Assembly: GCF_000150275.1 (NCBI RefSeq)
Contig: NW_002061315.1
Location: 1-6,301, forward strand
DNA length: 6,301 nucleotides
Reading direction: 5' to 3'
Source of the DNA: Trichoplax adhaerens
Taxonomy: Eukaryota > Animalia > Placozoa
A program made the position numbers and the translations under genes. Of this stretch, positions 1 through 6,301 are shown in pieces. Under the pieces are notes generated by a model, which worked only from the letters and a program-made list of their open reading frames with translations, searched no databases and was not told where the DNA came from. Within the stretch, counting starts at the first letter, position 1. Each line of letters starts with the position of its first letter.

Positions 1-80
1 TATGAAACAGTTAAGGAAAGCTAAAAAATTCAATTATGCAAACAAAATCAATCCAAGCTTATGTAAAAATGTTAAGATAC

Positions 81-232
81 ATATTGACATTTTTCGGGTA
101 GCCTCTACAGTTGATATCGCCTAATGGTATAATGACACCATTCTCAAGCTTAACATCTCCGCTAGGATCCAGTTCTACCGCGCCTACATCTAAAGCATAC
201 GGAATAGAATAATTGCACAGTTCTTTTAAATT
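81..232 (-). pseudogene. PARP catalytic-domain exon NLKELCNYSIPYALDVGAVELDPSGDVKLENGVIIPLGDINCRGYPKNVN (+2 nt)
   Basis: Polypyrimidine tract and TTAG acceptor (AG at 234-233), 50 open codons, donor GTATCT at 80. Resembles PARP1 [23 protein letters not shown]. Confidence 0.85.
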
Positions 233-497
233 CTAACCAAGGAAAAAACTATTCAGTACAGAAAAAGACAAAGGCGTAGCTACATTTAAAGCGATTAGCT
301 TTTCCTTGCAGCTTAGGCATATCGTATTCTTGATTTGCACTAAATGATTTAAAAAACTTAGAAATAGTCAATTTCTGCAGCCGTCTCAATATCCTTTCCA
401 TTTCATTCGTTATTCGTATACTATACACATGGATTTCTTTTATCCCTATGACTATACATATCGGCATAAGAGCATAGCCTATGCTTTAATAGGCAAC

Positions 498-578
498 ATA
501 TATTCTCCCCACAGCTACTTTACACAATAGTAATAATCCAGTAGAATATGTATAGGTTGCTTCACACTGTAATGCAAC
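498..578 (-). pseudogene. PARP catalytic-domain exon VALQCEATYTYSTGLLLLCKVAVGRIY
   Basis: TTTAG acceptor, 81 nt, phase 0/0, weak donor GTTGCC at 497. Matches SANYC..GLLLLSEVALG of PARP2 and the PARP1 equivalent. Confidence 0.88.
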
Positions 579-793
579 CTAAATCATGCAATGATTTATT
601 TTTCAATTTGATAAGACTACCAAAACAAATATGAATTAAATGAAGTTTTTGTATTTTAGGGTTAACTACATTCAATCTTCTTTACTTTCCAAAGCGTATC
701 TATTAATTATATACGGAAGAAGAAAGTGTGCATTAGCGAACTCCAATTATATCACCACTGATGGTGCAACCGACAAAAAATAATAGTTTAGAC

Positions 794-844
794 TTATGAC
801 ATGCCTAATAAATAATATCCTTTCCCAAATTTAAAACCTCTTTC
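794..844 (-). pseudogene. PARP catalytic-domain exon ERGFKFGKGYYLLGMS*
   Basis: GGTAG acceptor after a T-rich tract. Matches GYMFGKGIYFADMVSK. TAA at 796-794 precedes a poor donor (GTCTAA), so the 3' boundary looks damaged. Confidence 0.8.
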
Positions 845-1031
845 CTACCGTGAAAAAAGCAAAACCTAGCCGGCACATTTTTTTTTAATTTGCCCAATTT
901 TAACAGGAATTAGGAAAAATTAGCTGACATTTAATCCGGTACCTTAGATCAATTATATTGACTAGTTAAAATATTTAGCCTAATTAAAGTTTCATTTTTT
1001 TTATAAAATGAATAACAAAAACTTGACATAC

Positions 1032-1187
1032 AAGCTCCCTAAATTTTGGTACTATCGGTCGCATATCATGGGATAATATTCGATCATAATGAATTAAACG
1101 ATTTCCATTTTATAGCAACATTCGACCTTTCGCATTGGAATATTTCTCATAGTGCCTATGACTTTCATGATCTTTTATCCTAAATAT
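1032..1187 (-). pseudogene. PARP catalytic-domain exon IFRIKDHESHRHYEKYSNAKGRMLL*NGNRLIHYDRILSHDMRPIVPKFREL
   Basis: CACAG acceptor, GTATGT donor, 156 nt, phase 0/0. In-frame TAA at 1112-1110 at the conserved Trp of LLWHGS. Confidence 0.9.
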
Positions 1188-1277
1188 CTGTGGATATCGC
1201 ATTAGCTGATGCAATTCCTACTGTAATCTTTAGCACATCCATGTTAACCAGGAAATAGAAAATTTCTGTGGTTAAAC

Positions 1278-1378
1278 CTTTTTAACAGCTAAGCTGTATA
1301 CTTTGTCATATGGATGTCGGAACTTTTGTTACCATATTTGAAAATTATATTGAATTCTTCGCTGTCATACGATACAGA
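1278..1378 (-). pseudogene. PARP catalytic-domain N-terminal exon SVSYDSEEFNIIFKYGNKS/RHPYDKVYSLAVKK (frameshifted)
   Basis: TTAG acceptor and AAG|GTTTAA donor. It is 101 nt between two phase-0 junctions, which requires a frameshift near 1320-1330. Matches [27 protein letters not shown]. Confidence 0.82.
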
Positions 1379-1477
1379 CTAAGCAATTTATAGAAAAAGA
1401 TGTAGGAAATTAGAGGATTTATATGGCTAAAAAACATACATAAAATCACACTGTTAGCCTTATCTCTGAGCCCATAC

Positions 1478-1582
1478 TTCTATATTTATATTTAGCAATT
1501 GATACAGATCATAAAATGGATCTATTCCAATTCTTTTCGCGCATTTGACTAGCTCGTAAGCAGTAACGATATTCATAATATT
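1478..1582 (-). pseudogene. PARP regulatory-domain C-terminal exon NIMNIVTAYELVKCAKRIGIDPFYDLYQLLNINIE
   Basis: 35 open codons and donor GTATGG at 1477. Matches [28 protein letters not shown]. The acceptor is uncertain (CAAG at 1586-1583 or an AG further upstream). Confidence 0.85.
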
Positions 1583-2880
1583 CTTGAAAATAGTATTGAA
1601 TTATCTATATTTTTTCTATTGCTGTAATTTTGCTGTTTTAATTATAGTAATATAAGATACAGAGATAGATAGAATTGCTCATTTTGTTACTTCAATTTGT
1701 AGAAAATTTTACTAAATAGACTATCAATACACGCACATAAATTAGATTCCATCATTAGCCATAACGAAATTACCTCTCAAGTCTTCTATAGTAGCTAATA
1801 TTAACCCCCATTGCTTCTTGGTTACTGACTAAGAGCAAGCGAGTCCTGTGATGCAGTCTATCTTATGCATATGAGACTTTCTAAAATTACGCTATCCAAT
1901 AAACTCCAATTTTTTTACTTTAATTAACTCGTCATGTCTTCTTCTAATTTGGGATAGAGTTCAGTCTGTACATGCAAATAGTTTAATATCTCTGACTACA
2001 TTAGAAACAACTCACAGAGAATAAATTCTAAAGTAAGTTGCATACTTGACTACTCTTACGATTTTCCATAAATAGTAAAGATAAAATACAACTATAACTA
2101 TGGAACAAGGCTAGCAAGTTATTAGTTGTATAATAAAGGTTTACCACTTATAATTCATTACATAATTAATTGCTGATCATTTATCATTACATGGATTAGC
2201 TCGAGATCACACGAAAAATAGTGCCAATAAATTCAACCTAAAGTAATTGAGAGAGGACTATTTGATACAAATATAACATGATAAGCCTGCTATTAAGAAA
2301 ATTTGATGCAGAATTTGTAGTTATTGAGCAAATGGGTAAGTGCATCGGAAGTTGTCTGCAAGCTTGTTACATAAATACCACATACCATCTTGTAAGTGAA
2401 AGAGTGATGCTTTTCGTCCGTTCATTTTAATTCTATACTCTGTATTAAATATTTGTGAGGTCTTTATTAATAACTCTACGGGAATAAAGTATATATTGCT
2501 GAATTGTTAGCTGTACACAACTAGAGGTATGACTAAACTAGATTTTCATCGTTTCTAGTAGCTGATAATGATATTACATTGTTGACTTTCTGCTAGAATT
2601 ATAAGTTACTAAGATGAAATTTTTACGCGAACTTGCATATTTTGGAAAAGAGAAAGATATTTTCAGCAGCCCATGTTCTCTACAGTGTTGCACACAAGAA
2701 TATTCTGTAACTGACTCAAGCTACTCACTGCTGACATTGTTAGCTAAAAAGAAATCTATATGAGCTTGTACCTATTAGTTACACTAAAAATATACTTCAG
2801 TAGCATCAATAACTATCACACCTATCCGATGATGGTACAATACGGTAGCCTATTTTTGACATTACTGCTACATCATATGT
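1552..2880 (+). repeat. Direct repeat copy 1 (1329 bp)
   Basis: Line-by-line identity with 4974-6301 at offset 3422. The only difference seen is T5 (2853-2857) versus T4 (6275-6278). Confidence 0.98.
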
Positions 2881-3161
2881 TGTTGAGGCTAGACTTACTT
2901 ATGTTTATAGTTCATTTAGACACTTTCAGTAAAATACACTTTCTATCGTCCAAGATAGGCTTACAGTAGCATAACATGATAGAATATACATAGCCCATAC
3001 ATGAAGTTGTTGACATAACTAGCTAAGAGTAATCCTGGATTAATTCTTACATTATTTTGGCTCATGATTAGCTCTGGCAATGATCAAATTAGCACAATAC
3101 ATCAATCAGTCTTAAGGCCGTATTATAACTTGAAAATTATTTAGTTTATTTAATATTTTAC

Positions 3162-3215
3162 TTAATGCTTTAAAATATCTATCAGATTATGTTATACTTG
3201 ATCATTATTTGTGGC
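3162..3215 (-). pseudogene. Degenerate PARP regulatory-domain exon ATNNDQV*H/SDRYFKAL
   Basis: TTCAG acceptor and GTAAAA donor. Resembles GSSDSQILDLSNRFYTLIP, with TAA at 3194-3192 and a frameshift. Confidence 0.55.
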
Positions 3216-3359
3216 CTGAAATCAACGTTCAGTTATATACCTGATTTAAGATATTTTACAGCAAGTGAAAATTATTAAGATCTCAGGTTAAGTTAATTCA
3301 ACTCAGTAATCAAATACAGAATCTACATTTGGCCCTGTCCGTAATTTTATGATACTTAC

Positions 3360-3482
3360 CTCGCCAATTCGACTAGCGTAGTTACATATTATAGATATAC
3401 TCGTAATTTAATTTGTTAATGCAACGACAATCAATAATTCTCTGGCAGCAGGCTTAGTTTGCTTAACGGAGTATTATAATAT
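3360..3482 (-). pseudogene. Degenerate PARP regulatory-domain exon (R)YYNTPLSKLS/AARELL..N*ITSISIICNYASRIGE
   Basis: TCAG acceptor whose phase 2 matches the preceding exon, consensus GAG|GTAAGT donor. PLSKLS resembles PLGKLS. Frameshift after KLS and TAA at 3410-3408. Confidence 0.7.
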
Positions 3483-3623
3483 CTGACTTTAAAGTTAGTG
3501 TAAATGAATGCATTAATACCGATATACCATACTTCAAATATTGAATGCACCTATTTTAAGGTAAGCATATTTAAAAGTAAGGACCATATTTTCTACAGAT
3601 TAAGAAGAAACATTAGGAAATAC

Positions 3624-3730
3624 CTTAAAAAATAATGTGAGCACAGAATTTTATTCATGCTGTATCTTAAAACATAATTTTCAGAATTGATATCGGAAAG
3701 ATTGTACAGATCATATTTGATCTTTGACTT
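3624..3730 (-). pseudogene. PARP regulatory-domain first exon KSKIKYDLYNLSDINSENYVLRYSMNKILCSHYFL(R)
   Basis: TGTAG acceptor, AG|GTATTT donor, 35 open codons. Resembles [25 protein letters not shown] and splices in frame to TPLSKLS. Confidence 0.65.
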
Positions 3731-3842
3731 CTACAATCTATAATACACATAGTTCTAGTGTAGAAATTGAAATAAATTATCAGCTTAGCACCAAACTACA
3801 TGGGTGTGATCTCTATTCTTATACTGCTTGCTATTATATCAC

Positions 3843-3929
3843 TGAGTTTAAATCGTGGACATTAATCTCTACTAAGTGGAGCTGCCCTATTTCAATAGAT
3901 AGTGATGAAGTTTAAAATTTAAGCGACAT
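3843..3929 (-). pseudogene. Putative WGR-end/linker exon MSLKF*TSSLSIEIGQLHLVEINVHDLNS
   Basis: Strong T-rich AACAG acceptor and a phase-0 GTGATA donor compatible with the next exon. GQLHLVEINVHD weakly resembles KKFYPLEIDYGQD. TAA at 3914-3912. Confidence 0.45.
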
Positions 3930-4437
3930 CTGTTAAAATAAAACAAAATTAATCTGGGTTATCATATATTAAATAGTTAGTAATACATAATATTATCTAG
4001 CATTTAATATAGCCAATCTTAAAATCCTATATGAACTGCGAATTTTGCAATTACAACATGTTCAATTGTACATAAATCAATACGTCTTTATTTACTTTTA
4101 TCCGTGATCAATCTTACGTAAGAGTTAGCCATATATTCCGTAATAGGTTACGGATATGGCAATATGTATAATCTATTTATATAACCAATTCAAATCCTAT
4201 CCCAGTTTGCAATCTACCGTCATAGTATTGCATGTAAACAATATTTAGTGATATTTTGGTAATCTGGCATCCTTCATATTTTACATCATGAAATTGTGAG
4301 GAATTTTGAAAATTACATTTAGTACTAATGGTCGAAAATTTCCTCAATTCTGATCGGTAAACAATTTGAATTTGAATTTATCATGTTTTATCATAGTGAT
4401 ACAAGCATTTAGCACGTAGATTCTATATATCTCATAC

Positions 4438-4517
4438 TCAATTTGAATTCCATCTAATTCTCTCCTTCGAAGGAAATTACTGACAGATATTTAGTTTCGG
4501 TAAGCCAACATATACAC
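4438..4517 (-). pseudogene. Putative WGR-domain exon (G)VYVGLPKLNICQ*FPSKERI/MEFKL
   Basis: TATAG acceptor and GTATGA donor. FPSKE..EFKL resembles PARP1 MPSKEDAIEHFMKL. TAA at 4479-4477 and a frameshift. Confidence 0.45.
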
Positions 4518-4668
4518 CTATAGTATAGTCATTATATCTTTTCATTATATTCAATTACTTAGTTATATCATATGTTACAAGTAAATGTATGCATAATTCT
4601 GTGGGATGATTTTAATTCCTATCGGCAACGGTCTTGTTGATGTTTTGTCATTGAAAGATTATTTAAAC

Positions 4669-4834
4669 CTCGGTAAACAGAAACGATATATAATTGAAAA
4701 TCTCAAATTCGGTCAATTAATATCAGTAACATAGAGGAGAAGAATAATTATACGGCAGCTATTAGTACGCCTAAGTTTCTTGAAATTGACAAAAGTCATA
4801 TATAAACTACAACATATGTTGACCATAATGTACG
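4669..4834 (-). pseudogene. Putative WGR-domain exon (A)YIMVNICCSLYMTFVNFKKLRRTNSCRIIILLLYVTDIN*PNLRFSIIYRF
   Basis: AATAG acceptor in phase 1 with the upstream GTAAGT donor at 4897 (63-nt intron). Weak resemblance to SAHVLE..LGLVDIVKGTNSYYKLQLL. TGA at 4715-4713. The 3' boundary is uncertain. Confidence 0.42.
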
Positions 4835-4897
4835 CTATTATAAAATATACTATATTTTAATTCCTCTATTAGTTATATATATACATCTATTACTTAC

Positions 4898-4923
4898 CAT
4901 TATTCATGAATAATTCATGAATT
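4898..4923 (-). pseudogene. Exon 3' end truncated by the assembly gap (IHELFMNN + 1 nt)
   Basis: Consensus G|GTAAGT donor at 4897. Splices in frame to the 4834 exon, giving ELFMNNAYIM (weakly like GLEHSAHVL). Confidence 0.35.
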
Positions 4924-4973
4924 NNNNNNNNNNNNNNNNNNNNNNNNNNNNNNNNNNNNNNNNNNNNNNNNNN
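4924..4973. other. Assembly gap, 50 N
   Basis: Run of exactly 50 n, probably a placeholder length. Confidence 0.99.
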
Positions 4974-6301
4974 GCTCGTAAGCAGTAACGATATTCATAA
5001 TATTCTTGAAAATAGTATTGAATTATCTATATTTTTTCTATTGCTGTAATTTTGCTGTTTTAATTATAGTAATATAAGATACAGAGATAGATAGAATTGC
5101 TCATTTTGTTACTTCAATTTGTAGAAAATTTTACTAAATAGACTATCAATACACGCACATAAATTAGATTCCATCATTAGCCATAACGAAATTACCTCTC
5201 AAGTCTTCTATAGTAGCTAATATTAACCCCCATTGCTTCTTGGTTACTGACTAAGAGCAAGCGAGTCCTGTGATGCAGTCTATCTTATGCATATGAGACT
5301 TTCTAAAATTACGCTATCCAATAAACTCCAATTTTTTTACTTTAATTAACTCGTCATGTCTTCTTCTAATTTGGGATAGAGTTCAGTCTGTACATGCAAA
5401 TAGTTTAATATCTCTGACTACATTAGAAACAACTCACAGAGAATAAATTCTAAAGTAAGTTGCATACTTGACTACTCTTACGATTTTCCATAAATAGTAA
5501 AGATAAAATACAACTATAACTATGGAACAAGGCTAGCAAGTTATTAGTTGTATAATAAAGGTTTACCACTTATAATTCATTACATAATTAATTGCTGATC
5601 ATTTATCATTACATGGATTAGCTCGAGATCACACGAAAAATAGTGCCAATAAATTCAACCTAAAGTAATTGAGAGAGGACTATTTGATACAAATATAACA
5701 TGATAAGCCTGCTATTAAGAAAATTTGATGCAGAATTTGTAGTTATTGAGCAAATGGGTAAGTGCATCGGAAGTTGTCTGCAAGCTTGTTACATAAATAC
5801 CACATACCATCTTGTAAGTGAAAGAGTGATGCTTTTCGTCCGTTCATTTTAATTCTATACTCTGTATTAAATATTTGTGAGGTCTTTATTAATAACTCTA
5901 CGGGAATAAAGTATATATTGCTGAATTGTTAGCTGTACACAACTAGAGGTATGACTAAACTAGATTTTCATCGTTTCTAGTAGCTGATAATGATATTACA
6001 TTGTTGACTTTCTGCTAGAATTATAAGTTACTAAGATGAAATTTTTACGCGAACTTGCATATTTTGGAAAAGAGAAAGATATTTTCAGCAGCCCATGTTC
6101 TCTACAGTGTTGCACACAAGAATATTCTGTAACTGACTCAAGCTACTCACTGCTGACATTGTTAGCTAAAAAGAAATCTATATGAGCTTGTACCTATTAG
6201 TTACACTAAAAATATACTTCAGTAGCATCAATAACTATCACACCTATCCGATGATGGTACAATACGGTAGCCTATTTTGACATTACTGCTACATCATATG
6301 T
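4974..6301 (+). repeat. Direct repeat copy 2 (1328 bp), bounded by the gap and the window end; probable assembly overlap or haplotig
   Basis: Starts GCTCGTAAGCAG exactly at the gap edge and runs to the last base. Includes a partial copy of the 1478-1582 exon at 4974-5004. Confidence 0.97.

Larger units (their letters stand above)
81..4923 (-). pseudogene. Intron-containing PARP1/2/3-like poly(ADP-ribose) polymerase pseudogene (WGR-like + regulatory + catalytic domains), partial at both ends
   Basis: About 13 GT-AG-bounded minus-strand segments translate collinearly with PARP1 motifs: KSKIK..SMNKIL (KSKLP..SMKKAM), TPLSKLS (MPLGKLS), SDRYFKAL (SNRFYTLI), NIMNIVTAYELV..DPFYDLYQLLNINIE|SVSYDSEEFNIIFKY ([42 protein letters not shown]), IFRIK..RMLL*NGNR..ILSHDMR (IFKIE..RRLLWHGSR..ILSQGLR), GFKFGKGYY (GYMFGKGIY), TGLLLLCKVAVGRIY|NLKE (IGLILLGEVALGNMYELKH), DPSGDVKLENGVIIPLG ([16 protein letters not shown]). 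Multiple stops and frameshifts. The 5' (WGR) part is much less certain than 81-1582. Confidence 0.88.

Noticed and set aside
249-467. 72-aa minus-strand ORF from the track
   Set aside because: Lies wholly within the inferred intron 233-497, and the flanking exons join seamlessly (GRIY|NLKE). No recognisable motif.
471-581. Small inverted repeats AGCATAG-c-CTATGCT (471-485) and TAGGTTGC..GCAACCTA (553-581)
   Set aside because: Stems of 7-8 bp are expected by chance in 6 kb. No supporting context.
2760-2969. 69-aa plus-strand ORF
   Set aside because: Composition typical of AT-rich noncoding DNA and no recognisable family. The duplicate copy has a 1-nt indel within it.
3724-3915. 63-aa plus-strand ORF
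   Set aside because: TTG start, antisense to the inferred PARP exons, no motif.
794-4479. Alternative genetic code (TAA = Gln, as in ciliates) explaining the in-frame TAAs
   Set aside because: The TAAs fall at Trp- and Lys-equivalent positions rather than Gln, and frameshifts plus a TGA remain.
1552-6301. LTR retroelement interpretation of the two long direct repeats
   Set aside because: No TG..CA ends, primer-binding site, polypurine tract or gag/pol between the copies. The repeat boundaries coincide with the gap and the window end.
1-6301. Prokaryotic or phage system, CRISPR array, tRNA or rRNA; specific organism assignment
   Set aside because: No dense ORFs, regular repeat-spacer units or RNA gene signatures were seen, and spliceosomal introns indicate a eukaryote. 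The compact AT-rich intron style would fit e.g. a placozoan, but this cannot be established from the sequence.

Overview
AT-rich eukaryotic genomic DNA (roughly 30% GC by eye) with no intact long ORF. Manual spliced translation of the minus strand shows a degenerate, multi-exon PARP1/2/3-type gene running from the N-gap (~4923) down to and probably beyond the left window edge. Its order is weak WGR-like exons (~4923-3843), PARP regulatory/helical-domain exons (3730-1478) and ADP-ribosyltransferase catalytic-domain exons (1378-81), joined mostly by short GT-AG introns. Several in-frame stops and frameshifts indicate a non-processed pseudogene. The catalytic WHGS motif reads *NGN. A 50-N gap (4924-4973) is followed by a near-perfect copy (4974-6301) of 1552-2880, most likely an assembly overlap or haplotype. 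The three ORFs in the supplied track appear spurious. All protein similarities were judged by eye against remembered PARP1/PARP2 sequences; no search was run.
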